Shown here one piece after another: positions 1 through 9,239 of a stretch of DNA of 64,000 nucleotides. Location: the NCBI GenBank assembly GCA_002011035.2, contig MTLY02000003.1, positions 96,001 to 160,000 on the forward strand, read 5' to 3'. The translations under genes and the position numbers were made by a program. The notes below the pieces were generated by a model, which saw only the letters and a program-made list of their open reading frames with translations, searched no databases and was not told the origin of the DNA. This stretch comes from Candidatus Hecatella orcuttiae (GTDB lineage Archaea; Thermoproteota; Bathyarchaeia; Hecatellales; Hecatellaceae). Numbering within the stretch: position 1 is the first letter of the stretch; every line of letters starts with the position of its first letter.

Positions 1-225
1 AACTCCCTGAAGGGCGAGGTCTCTTTTTTTGGGGAGCTGCTCAGGCTTTATGGCGAAGGCATACCGCAGCACCACGTAGGAGAGAATGTAGATGCCGATG
101 GCGAGGAAAAGGGCTAAAAACTTGGAGGCCTCGAAAAATCCCTCCACGTTCAGGTAGGCTGTGAGGGCCGCGGCTGCGAAGGCAAGGCCGAATCTAAACC
201 ACCAGATTTTGTCGACAAGCCTCAA
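1..225 (-). CDS. Small membrane protein, archaeal EMC6-like (3' end runs off the window)
   Basis: Manual translation from TTG at 225: LRLVDKIWWFRFGLAFAAAALTAYLNVEGFFEASKFLALFLAIGIYILSYVVLRYAFAIKPEQLPKKRDLALQGV. Two TM helices and a charged loop. Not in the ORF track. Confidence 0.55.
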   Translation of the reverse strand, partial: MRLVDKIWWFRFGLAFAAAALTAYLNVEGFFEASKFLALFLAIGIYILSYVVLRYAFAIKPEQLPKKRDLALQGV

Positions 226-408
226 CCGGCGCCACCTGTCCTCTCCAAGGATGTCACAGCGAACATCTTCCCCCGTCGGTGGGCATCTGCCATCTTTCGG
301 GCTAGATTAAACTATCTGCTAAAAGGATATAAACTCTGTTAGGGCGGCTTCTTCCTCCGAAGATATTTATCCCCCAGTCCTCTCTAAGTTTAGGGGCCTA
401 AGGCCGGT

Positions 409-2418
409 TTGAAGAAGAACAGGGTGAAGACGCAGCCGAGCAGCTTCGACTTGGCGGTTCTATCCGCGGAGTTAGACAGGGCGCTGAAAGACTACTACGT
501 GGACAACATCTACCAAGTGAACCCGACCACCCTACTGGTGAAGTTGAACAAGCCTGCCTCACCCGTCAGAAACCTCCTCATCGAAGCTGGGAGAAGGGTT
601 CACCTCACCGCTTACTCGGTGGAAAAACCTCTGAGGCCTCCGCCCTTCTGCTCCGCCCTCCGAAAGTACCTCCTCAACGGCAGGGTTTCAAAGGTGGAGC
701 AGCCCGACTTTGAGAGAATGCTCATTCTTCACATCTTCGCGCATGGTGAAAACTTCAAGCTGGCTGCTGAGTTCTTCGGGAAAGGCAACATCATCCTGAC
801 GGACGGTGAGGACAAGGTGCTCCATGCCCTAGCGCAGAGAAAAACCAAGGACAGGCTCGTGGCCCGCGGCCGGAAGCTTGCCCCACCACCCCCCCTAGGC
901 CTCGGCCAGAGGCCTTCCAGCCCGGAAATACTCTTGGAAAAGTTGAAGCTGGAGAAAGTCGAGGTGGTTAAGGCTCTTACTCGAATATATGGGATTGGAG
1001 GCACCTACGCGGAGGAAATTCTCCTCCGAGCCGGTGTGGACAAGAAGCTGGCCGGAGGGGAGGTGACGTTCACCATGGCGGAGAGGATCTTCCAAGCCGC
1101 TCAGAGGGTTTTCCGGGAAATCGAAGACCCCCGGCCTTCGGTGGTGCTGGATGAAGACGGTGAACCCTTGGACGTCGTTCCCTTCCCCCTCCAAGTCTAC
1201 TCCGGAAAAAAGGTGGAGAGCTATCCTAGCCTCAACGAGGCCTTCGACGAGTATTTCACCAAGCTTGAAACAGGGAAGGCTGAAGGGGAACGCCAGGCAA
1301 AGGTCGCCTCCAAGCTCGGGGAGCTGAAGAGAATCCTGAAGGAACAGGAAGCCAAGCTCGGGGAGCTGGAAAAGGAGGAAGCCCGGCATCGAAAGGCGGG
1401 GGAAACCATCTTCCACCACTCCCTAGAACTCCAGAGCCTCCTCCGAGAGGTGGAGAAAAACGTCCTCAACGGAAAGCCTTGGCCGGAAATCAGCCGGGAG
1501 ATCGATTTGAGGAAAAACAAGGGCGAGACCCCTTACTCTTGGGTGGTGGGGCTCAATCCCAAAGACCGCCGGTTAAGGCTTTCAGTGGAGGGTTTAGAAT
1601 TCGACCTCACCGTCGGCAAGTCGGTGTACGAAAACGCCTCCGCCCATTTCCAGGAGTCAAAGGACCTCCGAGGGAAAATCTCAAGCCTGAAAGAGGCTCT
1701 AGGGGAAACACAGCGGAAGATGGAGGCCTTGGAAAAAGACCTAGAGGCCCTGAGGGAGCAGCCCCTGCATCCTGTTAAGGTTAAGGAAAAAAAATGGTTT
1801 GAAAAGTTTAGGTTCTTCTTCACCTCCGGAGGCTTTCTCGTCGTGGCCGGCAGGGATGCCTCCTCCAACGAGGCTCTGGTTAAAAGATACGCGGAGCCTG
1901 AGGACCGGGTTTTTCACACAGACATAGCAGGCGCCCCCTTCGCCGTTGTCAAAACCGGGGGGAAACAACCCTCCGAATCCGACCTTCGGGAAGCCGCCCA
2001 GTTCGCCGTCTGCTACAGTCGAGCTTGGCGGGAGGGCTTGAACGCCGCCGACGCCTACCATGTGAACCCCGGCCAGCTGAGTAAGGCTGCTCCCTCAGGC
2101 CAGTATTTGGGGAGAGGCGCCTTCTCCGTCAGCGGGCCTCGAATGTACATTCGAAACATCCCCCTAAGAATAGCCCTAGGAGTCAAGCTGGAGGGGGGGA
2201 TGCCTCAGGTTTACGCTGCGCCCCCGCAAGTTTTCCAACCCCCACAGCCCCACGTTGTGTTGGCTCCGGGGAACCTGCGCGCCAAAGAACTCGCCCTAAA
2301 AGTAAGGTCCACCTTAGCGGGGAAGACGCCCAAAGAATGGAGAGATGCTGTGTTGAAGATTCCCTTGGAAGACTTCATCGCCCTCATCCCCTACGGCAGG
2401 GGATGCATGGTAAGCTGA
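409..2418 (+). CDS. rqcH: Ribosome rescue/quality-control protein Rqc2 (NEMF/RqcH, NFACT family)
   Basis: N-terminal SSFDL...YVDNIYQ, FERML, EFFGKGNIIL, HhH-like GIGGTYAEE, coiled coil, NFACT-R region WFEKFRFF...VAGRDASSNE...FHTD. Confidence 0.93.
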   Translation: MKKNRVKTQPSSFDLAVLSAELDRALKDYYVDNIYQVNPTTLLVKLNKPASPVRNLLIEAGRRVHLTAYSVEKPLRPPPFCSALRKYLLNGRVSKVEQPDFERMLILHIFAHGENFKLAAEFFGKGNIILTDGEDKVLHALAQRKTKDRLVARGRKLAPPPPLGLGQRPSSPEILLEKLKLEKVEVVKALTRIYGIGGTYAEEILLRAGVDKKLAGGEVTFTMAERIFQAAQRVFREIEDPRPSVVLDEDGEPLDVVPFPLQVYSGKKVESYPSLNEAFDEYFTKLETGKAEGERQAKVASKLGELKRILKEQEAKLGELEKEEARHRKAGETIFHHSLELQSLLREVEKNVLNGKPWPEISREIDLRKNKGETPYSWVVGLNPKDRRLRLSVEGLEFDLTVGKSVYENASAHFQESKDLRGKISSLKEALGETQRKMEALEKDLEALREQPLHPVKVKEKKWFEKFRFFFTSGGFLVVAGRDASSNEALVKRYAEPEDRVFHTDIAGAPFAVVKTGGKQPSESDLREAAQFAVCYSRAWREGLNAADAYHVNPGQLSKAAPSGQYLGRGAFSVSGPRMYIRNIPLRIALGVKLEGGMPQVYAAPPQVFQPPQPHVVLAPGNLRAKELALKVRSTLAGKTPKEWRDAVLKIPLEDFIALIPYGRGCMVS

Positions 2419-2545
2419 GGAAGAAAGTTTTTGGCGAGAATCCGCCGCCTCCAGTTTACACAGCTCTGTTCCTCCGATGGAAAGTAGCGCAGACAAGTTG
2501 AAAGCGTAAATAGGCTTCGATGCCTCCTATTCTCTAACTGAGCAG

Positions 2546-3415
2546 GTGAAACAGATGTCAGCGGAGGAAAGAATTAAAAACTATGCAGTAGAGTGCGGAG
2601 CTTTGGCGGCTGGAATCGCCAGCGTGGAAGACATCAACCGGTATGCCCCTGAGGGGCATAGGCCCGACGACATCCTGCCCGGCGCCAAAAGCGTAGTGGT
2701 GACAGGCGGGCCGCCTACGACGGCGGGAGCTTGGAGAAGCCCCAACCCGCGTATAACCACCCTCACGAGGGTCTACCCCATGATAAGGGGAACCGTGGTC
2801 ATGAAACTCGCCGCCCTGATCGAAAGGGAATATGGATACTACGCTGTTTTTTACGACGGCCAAGCTGAGTCAGGGCATAATCCTTTCCTAAGCCTAAAAC
2901 TCTGCGCTGAAATGGCCGGGCTGGGAACAAGAGCCCTAGCCGGAGGCGTGATATTAAACAGAGACCACGGCCTGCTAAACTTCAGCTGCGTGGTCACCTC
3001 CATGCCTCTAAAACCCGACGGTCCGATGGAGGAGCCTGTATGCCCGCATCATTCCTGCATCAAAATCTGGGAAGCGAAACATACGACACCGTGCTTGGAA
3101 GCCTGCCCCACATGCCTCTCAGGCTTCCTTGAAGGAGGAAGAATAAAATGGATGCAGTTCCGCCGATACCTCTGCGAGCCTCGGGCTCAAACCACCTCGA
3201 CCACGGCCTTCCGCCAAAAGCTTTTGGAAATTGTCAACGAAACCGACCTTGAAAAGAGAAAGCAGATGGTCTACGGAGAGTTTTTCAGCCGTATAGTCAG
3301 GTCCTTGGCCTTTTCCAGCGAACTGGTTGGCGGATGCATCGAATGCCTCAGACACTGCCCTGTCTGCATAAAGGCCACTACGCTGAGGCCTATCCCGAGG
3401 GGTGGAAAACCTTGA
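2546..3415 (+). CDS. QueG/reductive-dehalogenase-like cobamide-binding double 4Fe-4S protein
   Basis: GALAAGIA...PDDILPGAKSVVV, SLKLCAEMAGLG, Cys motifs C-x4-C...C-x3-CP and C-x2-C-x3-CP. Confidence 0.8.
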   Translation: MKQMSAEERIKNYAVECGALAAGIASVEDINRYAPEGHRPDDILPGAKSVVVTGGPPTTAGAWRSPNPRITTLTRVYPMIRGTVVMKLAALIEREYGYYAVFYDGQAESGHNPFLSLKLCAEMAGLGTRALAGGVILNRDHGLLNFSCVVTSMPLKPDGPMEEPVCPHHSCIKIWEAKHTTPCLEACPTCLSGFLEGGRIKWMQFRRYLCEPRAQTTSTTAFRQKLLEIVNETDLEKRKQMVYGEFFSRIVRSLAFSSELVGGCIECLRHCPVCIKATTLRPIPRGGKP

Positions 3416-3681
3416 AGCTGACATTCGCAGAACTATACCGGAGACACAGGGATACCGTGTTCCAGTTAAGTTTGGCGATTCAAAATTACGATGGAAAAAC
3501 CTACACGCCTCCGCCGCTCTCCGACAAGGCGATAGCTGAAAAAATAGGGCTGACCGCCGAAGAGGTTAGAGAAATCCGCTGCCTAGCCGAAGCCGACGCT
3601 CTGCCGGCCAGCGTTTGGGCGGAGGCTGACGTGTTCAAAAACGAAAGAGCTAAAAAATTTCGAAGAGCCGAGAAAATTTGA
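3412..3681 (+). CDS. Small hypothetical protein with an HTH-like segment, translationally coupled to the QueG-like gene
   Basis: TTG start overlaps the upstream TGA (TTGA at 3412-3415); 89 aa; LSDKAIAEKIGLTAEEVREIR is HTH-like. Confidence 0.7.
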   Translation: MKLTFAELYRRHRDTVFQLSLAIQNYDGKTYTPPPLSDKAIAEKIGLTAEEVREIRCLAEADALPASVWAEADVFKNERAKKFRRAEKI

Positions 3682-3705
3682 CCGCCCTTAAGACGTTGCC
3701 CTCGG

Positions 3706-4458
3706 TTAGGGTTTCCTTTTGAACAGGTATGCTCCCAGGAAGAGGAAGCCTACGCACACGCCTACGAGGACGGAGAGGTCGAGGAGGAGGGGTAGGGCGT
3801 TTTCTCCGCTGAAGAATCCCCGCAGCGCGTCCACCCCGTAGGTCATAGGATTCACGTAGGAGAGAATCCTCATCCACGTAGGCACCCCGGTGAGGGGGAA
3901 GAAGGCTCCGCTGAGGAAGAACATGGGCATGACGATGAAGTTCATGATCAACTGGAAGCCGTGGGGATCCTCCATCGTCGAGGCGAAGGAAACTCCCAAG
4001 CTTACAAAGGCCAGAGAAATCAGCATGCACACGCCCACCATGGCCAGCGTGGGGAGCACCCCGGGAAATCTGCCTACGACCAAGATAGCCAAACCCAGCA
4101 TGGCAAGGCCTTGGACCATGGAAGTGGAGGCGCCTCCCAAGGTTTTTCCCAAAACGATGGATGTGCGAGAGACGGGGGCTACCAAAATTTCTTTGAGGAA
4201 CCCGAACTGCTTGTCCCAGAGGACGGAGACCCCTGAAAAGACGGAGCTGAAGAGGAGGGCGATAGCCACGACCCCCGGAGCCAGAAACGCGAGGTAGCCT
4301 CCTTTCAGGCCTGGGAAGACGAAGGAGGAGCTGAACCCCACGCCGAAGAAAACCAGCCACATGAGGGGCATGGCTATGGCGCTGGCAACTCTGGACTTCG
4401 CCCTCGCGAAGCGCTTCACTTCCCTAAGCCACAAAATGTAGACGGCTCTCTTCTCAAT
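3706..4458 (-). CDS. ABC-2 type (DrrB-like) transporter permease; start is ATT 4458 or TTG 4434
   Basis: WLREVKRF, FGFLKEILVAPVSR, FLSGAFFP, NPMTYGVDALR; about 6 TM helices. Confidence 0.92.
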   Translation of the reverse strand: MEKRAVYILWLREVKRFARAKSRVASAIAMPLMWLVFFGVGFSSSFVFPGLKGGYLAFLAPGVVAIALLFSSVFSGVSVLWDKQFGFLKEILVAPVSRTSIVLGKTLGGASTSMVQGLAMLGLAILVVGRFPGVLPTLAMVGVCMLISLAFVSLGVSFASTMEDPHGFQLIMNFIVMPMFFLSGAFFPLTGVPTWMRILSYVNPMTYGVDALRGFFSGENALPLLLDLSVLVGVCVGFLFLGAYLFKRKP

Positions 4459-4467
4459 CGTGGCTTT

Positions 4468-5451
4468 TCACCTCTTCATGAGCAGGCGCATCCTCTCCAT
4501 GGGGCTTGTTTCCTCCTCCCTTATCCTCCGCCCGGTGTAGGTGAGGAAGACATCGTCCAAGGTCGGCCGGTGGAGGTCCACGGAGTTCACTTCCACCTCC
4601 AAGGACTCCGCCAGCTCTAGGACTTGAGGGATCATCTTGGCAGCATCGTAGACGGTGAGGCAGAGGGTTCCCTCCGCGGTTTTAACGGCTCTGACAGCCT
4701 GGTTCTCCTTGAAGGCTGAGGCTAAGGCATCCGCCTTCCCAGCCACCTTCAACTCGATGATGTCCCCGCCCAGCAGGTCTTTCAGGTGTTTAGGCTCGTC
4801 GCAGGCGATGATCTTTCCGTAGTCGATGATGGCCACCCGGTTGCAGAGGCTGTCAGCCTCGTCCATGTAGTGGGTGGTGAGGAAGATGGTCACCCGCTCC
4901 CTCCGGTTCAGCTCCCGGATGTAGTCCCAGATGTGACGGCGGGTTTGGGGGTCTAAGCCCAGAGTCGGCTCGTCGAGGAAGAGCACTTTAGGGTGGTGCA
5001 TGAGGCCGCGGGCGATCTCCAGTCTCCTCCGCATCCCGCCTGAGTAGGTCTTCACCAGTCTGTCGGCTTTATCCTCCAATTCCACCATCTTGAGAAGCTC
5101 GGTGATTCGCTCTTTGATTTCCCCCGTAGCCATGCCGTAGAGTCTCCCGTGGAAGTCCATGTTCTCTCTTCCCGTGAGGTTCTCGTCGAGGCTGGGGTCT
5201 TGGAAAACTATGCCTATCGACTTCCGCACCAAGTCAGGCTCCTTCGCCACATCATAGCCTGACACCTTAGCCACGCCGGAGGTCGGCTTCAGCAAGGTGC
5301 AGAGCATGTGGATCAGCGTAGTCTTCCCGGCGCCGTTGGGCCCTAGGAAGCCGAATATCTCAGACTCAAAGACCTCCAGGGAAACACTGTCCACAGCCCT
5401 AACTTTCCCATCGTAGACTTTCGTCAGGTTTTGAGCTTCGATGACTGCCAA
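4468..5451 (-). CDS. ABC transporter ATP-binding protein (DrrA-like)
   Basis: Walker A GPNGAGKT, signature YSGGM, Walker B LFLDEP, C-terminal PTLDDVF; TTG start at 5451 preferred over 5472. Confidence 0.95.
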   Translation of the reverse strand: MAVIEAQNLTKVYDGKVRAVDSVSLEVFESEIFGFLGPNGAGKTTLIHMLCTLLKPTSGVAKVSGYDVAKEPDLVRKSIGIVFQDPSLDENLTGRENMDFHGRLYGMATGEIKERITELLKMVELEDKADRLVKTYSGGMRRRLEIARGLMHHPKVLFLDEPTLGLDPQTRRHIWDYIRELNRRERVTIFLTTHYMDEADSLCNRVAIIDYGKIIACDEPKHLKDLLGGDIIELKVAGKADALASAFKENQAVRAVKTAEGTLCLTVYDAAKMIPQVLELAESLEVEVNSVDLHRPTLDDVFLTYTGRRIREEETSPMERMRLLMKR

Positions 5452-5553
5452 AGCTTCTTTACACCTATACACTCATGGAGACCGTAGGCTCTGATAAGCA
5501 TAGCCCAAGTCGAATGCTGGCCGGCTTGGAAAAATCCAAAAGCCCGAGGAAGC

Positions 5554-6138
5554 CTACCTTTCAACTTTCTCCGTAAGCTTTAAAACCGGTGAAAGCAGCC
5601 TCTCCGCTTCCTCATCCCCCGTCTGGGTGATCCGGAAGGCTTTCATCCCGTCTTTGTCCACTCCCGCCGAAGTCAGCCTGCCTGTGGTGACCAGCTTGTT
5701 CAGGGTGTCGTTGAAATTAGCCGGAGCGGCCAGACGGGCTTCCGCGTAGGCTTCTTGAAGGTCTCGGGCGTTAACCGTCTGAAGCCCTCTCACGTTGTAG
5801 AGGTAGTAGACGATGAGCAGCGCCTTCTCGGTGTGAGCTTTCACCCCGGACCTTTTAAGCACCTCCACCAAGGACAGCTCCCCGAGAGAAAGCGCGGCTG
5901 GAGCCTTGGGTGTAAAGGCTGGAGGTGGGACTTGGGCGGACGGCAGCCGGCTTCGGGTGAACTCTTCCGCCACCTCCTTCATCAGGCTTAGATTATCTCT
6001 CACCGCCTCTAAGATGCTTCTCAGGGATTCTCCAAATCCTTCGGTTTTCCAGCCTTTGAGCTCGATGGTTAAGGGCCCTAAGCTCAACTTCAGGAGGTTT
6101 CCGTTTCTCTGAAGCGCGGTTTCTCTTTCTTCTCCCAT
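5554..6138 (-). CDS. Hypothetical protein with an N-terminal beta-hairpin and a C-terminal winged helix
   Basis: C-terminal ALLIVYYL...LNKLVTTGRL...FRITQTG wing pattern; same architecture as 18981-19436 and 19442-19960. Confidence 0.65.
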   Translation of the reverse strand: MGEERETALQRNGNLLKLSLGPLTIELKGWKTEGFGESLRSILEAVRDNLSLMKEVAEEFTRSRLPSAQVPPPAFTPKAPAALSLGELSLVEVLKRSGVKAHTEKALLIVYYLYNVRGLQTVNARDLQEAYAEARLAAPANFNDTLNKLVTTGRLTSAGVDKDGMKAFRITQTGDEEAERLLSPVLKLTEKVER

Positions 6139-6277
6139 TTCTCCCTCACCATTAAGAGGTTCTGAGGATAATAAAGCTAGTATCCTTAGAGCAGAGGCTC
6201 TCTACCTAGCGTAAGGCTGTCCGCCTATTCTAAACATTTATTTTCTCAGCGGAGATCATGTGATAGGGTTAAGCCTC

Positions 6278-6907
6278 ATGCCTATCGAGTTAGATGAAGT
6301 TGACTTGACTATACTTAGGGAGCTGATGGAGGACGGAAGGAAGGCCTTCCGCCAGATAGCCAAAGCAGCCCAGGTGAGCACTCCCACCGTTGAAAGCCGT
6401 TTCAGAAAGATGCTCAACATGGAACTCATCAAGAAAATAGCCCCCATCCTCGACCCGAACAAGATCGGCTACGGGGTGGTGGCCACCGTTACCTTGAACG
6501 TGGAGGTTCCCCGCCTTGAATCCATCCTCCACACCCTCTCCCAGCGGGAGGAGGTAAGAAGTCTCTACGTGGTAGCCGGGGAAGCCAACCTGCTTCTCCA
6601 AGTTTTCTTCCAGAACATAAGGGAGCTCCAAGACTTCCTTCAGACAACCTTGGGGAAGATGGAAGGCCTGACCGTTGTGTCCAGCCACGTCGTCACAAGG
6701 GTGGTGAAGGAGGAAAGCTCGGTGGTGATCAAGCCCCGAGCCGGCCTCCGCCTGTCCTGCGACTACTGCGGCCGGGAAATCTGCGAAAAGCCGGGGGTCT
6801 TGGAAGTGGGAGGCGGGGAGCGGTATTTCTGCTGCAAACTTTGTCTTGAAGCCTACCGGGAAAAGTACAGGGAAAGAATAGAGAAGATCTCGGAAGGAAG
6901 CCGCTGA
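6278..6907 (+). CDS. Lrp/AsnC regulator with C-terminal TRASH metal-binding domain (CopR/CopT-like)
   Basis: LDEVDLTILRELMEDGR HTH, RAM domain, CDYC...YFCCKLC. Confidence 0.9.
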   Translation: MPIELDEVDLTILRELMEDGRKAFRQIAKAAQVSTPTVESRFRKMLNMELIKKIAPILDPNKIGYGVVATVTLNVEVPRLESILHTLSQREEVRSLYVVAGEANLLLQVFFQNIRELQDFLQTTLGKMEGLTVVSSHVVTRVVKEESSVVIKPRAGLRLSCDYCGREICEKPGVLEVGGGERYFCCKLCLEAYREKYRERIEKISEGSR

Positions 6908-6918
6908 CTTTTCAAGCC

Positions 6919-8235
6919 TTACCTAATTCTCACATACTGGTAGGCCCCGGTGAGGCTGTGGAAGCAATAGTGAACCTTCTGGTACTGTTTCCTGAACTCA
7001 GCCACCTTGCTTCTGACTTTTTCAGGCGGCTTCCCGTCGACGATGACCTGTTTGAGGAAGTCGGCTATCTCCTCCATCTCAGGCTCCCTCATTCCCAGCC
7101 GGGTTACCTCGGAGGTTCCGAGGCGGATGCCGCCGGGGTTCTGGTAGTGGCGTCCCATCTTGATGTCCCAGGGGAGGAGGTTTCTGTTGGTGATGATGTT
7201 GGCGTTTTCCAGCTTCTTCTCCAAGGTTCCCCCATCTCCGTAGGGGGTGATGTCCACCCAGACCACATGGGATTCAGTGAAGCCTTTCTTCTCCCCTAGG
7301 ACTTTGAGCCCCCTCTCCCAGAGCGCTTGGGCTAGGGCTTTGGCGTTTCTGACAACCTGCTTCATGTATTCTCTTCCAAACTCCAACATTTCCGCCAGCA
7401 TGACCGCTACTCCTGCCACAGCGTGGAGATGATGGTTGCTGACAAGCCCTGGGAAGGTTACCTTCTTCACCTGTTCAGCGTAGGTTTGGCGGGCGACGAT
7501 CATACCGTGCTGAGGGCCGGGGAGAGTCTTGTGGGTGCTCATGGTCACGGCATCAGCGCCCTCCCGTAAGGGGTCTTGAAACAGGCCGCAAGCTATCAGT
7601 CCAGCCACATGGGCGGCGTCGTAGACCACTTTCGCCCCGGCTTCGTGGAAGGCCTCCGCCAGCTCCCTCACCGGATGGGGGAAGGGGAGGACGCTTCCTC
7701 CGAACATGGCCAGTTTAGGCGGGTCCTTTTCCCTGACCATATCCCTCAGCCTCTTCCTGGTTTCCTCCACGTCGATGTTCAGGTCTTCATAGCTGTAGGG
7801 GAAATACTCCACGCGGAGCCTTCGGGCTATGCCGGCGGTGCCGCCTAGCTCTCTCTTTCCCGTGGTTATGTGCCCCCCGCAGGGTATGGAAAGGGCGAAC
7901 ATGCGGTCGTGGGGTTCGGTGAAGAGGGAGTAAACAACGAGGTTGGCGACCACCCCGGAGATAGGCCGGACGTCGGCGAATTCAGCTCGGAAAAGCTTTT
8001 TCGCCATTTCGCTGCAGAGCATCTCCACCCGGTCGATGTACGGGCATCCGGCATAGACTCTTTCCCCCGGCCAGCCTTCAGCGTAGCGGTTTCCGAAATC
8101 GGTGGCCAAAGCCTCCCGAACCGCGGGGCTGGGAATGTTCTCGCTGGCTATGAGGGGGATCACTTCTCTAAACCAGCTGTGATGTTCCTCTAAAAGCCTC
8201 AGAACCTGGTCGTAGTAGGTGTGAGCATAGGACAC
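6919..8235 (-). CDS. glyA: Serine hydroxymethyltransferase
   Basis: LIASEN, RYAEG, DAAHVAGL, PLP-lysine motif STHKTLPGP, GIRLGT. Confidence 0.97.
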   Translation of the reverse strand: MSYAHTYYDQVLRLLEEHHSWFREVIPLIASENIPSPAVREALATDFGNRYAEGWPGERVYAGCPYIDRVEMLCSEMAKKLFRAEFADVRPISGVVANLVVYSLFTEPHDRMFALSIPCGGHITTGKRELGGTAGIARRLRVEYFPYSYEDLNIDVEETRKRLRDMVREKDPPKLAMFGGSVLPFPHPVRELAEAFHEAGAKVVYDAAHVAGLIACGLFQDPLREGADAVTMSTHKTLPGPQHGMIVARQTYAEQVKKVTFPGLVSNHHLHAVAGVAVMLAEMLEFGREYMKQVVRNAKALAQALWERGLKVLGEKKGFTESHVVWVDITPYGDGGTLEKKLENANIITNRNLLPWDIKMGRHYQNPGGIRLGTSEVTRLGMREPEMEEIADFLKQVIVDGKPPEKVRSKVAEFRKQYQKVHYCFHSLTGAYQYVRIR

Positions 8236-8407
8236 AAGGGAGTCCTCCTGAACTCTTTCTCAATAGTATGCAGTAGGATAAAAGAATTCTCGGCCTTTGA
8301 AGGGGAAATTCAGCTTTTCTAGGCTGAAAACTCTGGCTTAAATCCTAGAGACCTACCCTAAAATTGAAGTAGGCTAAATATTGTAGTTTGAGATATATTT
8401 AGTTAAG

Positions 8408-9208
8408 GTGAACTTTTTGACTCATCAAAAACTACCCAAGGATGTGCTGTGCGGAATCTACTCTCCAGGGCGGCGGCTGGTTGAGTTCGCCGTGGAAAAG
8501 AAGAACGTGGTAGGGGCTTTGGCGAAGATCTCAGGCGAAATCGCCCGGCTGGGCGTAGACGTTTTCTCAGGTTTCCTCACAGCGTATCCGGGTGAGGAGC
8601 GTTCGCTGTGGAGTTTTGTCGCCGACTTGACAGGCCTTGATTTGACGCCTGAAAAGGTTGCGGAGGAGCTTAGAAAACTCGATGTGGTGTTGAATGTCAG
8701 ATACGCGGAAGCGAGGCTCGACGGCTTGATCATCGACGACTTGCACTTTCCCCTGAAGGCTTCGCTGGGGGAAAGAAACATTCTCATACGCGTCAAGTCA
8801 GTGGCAGACATGTTTGATAGGATCTTTAAAGACTTCGGCACCGGCGGAGTGGCCATCGTCTACAAGATGGGTCTAGAGGCGGGGAAGCGCAAGGCAGAAG
8901 CCACCAAGGCCCACTACAGAGTAGACGGGCGGGAGATGTTGGAAATAATCTTGGCTGAACGGATAGCGAAAGGCTGGGGAATCCCAAGGCTGATAGAATT
9001 CAACCAAGAAGAGGCTGAGGCTACGGTGGAGGTTCAGGAACTGTTCGAATGCACCCCCTACAAGGGGAGGCTGAAGGAAGCCCGGAGCCATCTTTTCAGG
9101 GGGTACCTCAGCGGAGTGCTGACTGTGCTGTTTGGCAGAGAGGTTTTAGTCTCCGAGGTTGAGTGCATCGCCAAAGGAGACCCCTACTGCAAGTTTAAAG
9201 TTTCATAA
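8408..9208 (+). CDS. ACT plus V4R domain protein
   Basis: ACT-like NVVGALAKIS; V4R features GWG, LFEC, RGYLSG, EVECIAKGDPYCKF. Confidence 0.85.
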   Translation: MNFLTHQKLPKDVLCGIYSPGRRLVEFAVEKKNVVGALAKISGEIARLGVDVFSGFLTAYPGEERSLWSFVADLTGLDLTPEKVAEELRKLDVVLNVRYAEARLDGLIIDDLHFPLKASLGERNILIRVKSVADMFDRIFKDFGTGGVAIVYKMGLEAGKRKAEATKAHYRVDGREMLEIILAERIAKGWGIPRLIEFNQEEAEATVEVQELFECTPYKGRLKEARSHLFRGYLSGVLTVLFGREVLVSEVECIAKGDPYCKFKVS

Positions 9209-9239
9209 CTCATATACTTAAGATGATTAGGGGAAGGTT

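Noticed and set aside
1311-1368. 16-nt direct repeat CAAGCTCGGGGAGCTG in rqcH
   Set aside because: It encodes repeated KLGEL in a coiled coil; no sign of mobility or regulation.
3334-3411. Cys/His-containing N-terminal extension of the 115-aa ORF in the track
   Set aside because: It overlaps the FeS motif of the upstream gene; the coupled TTG at 3412 is the more plausible start.
4468-4470. In-frame TGA as selenocysteine
   Set aside because: Not a catalytic position, no SECIS recognised, and the ATPase ends at a normal length.
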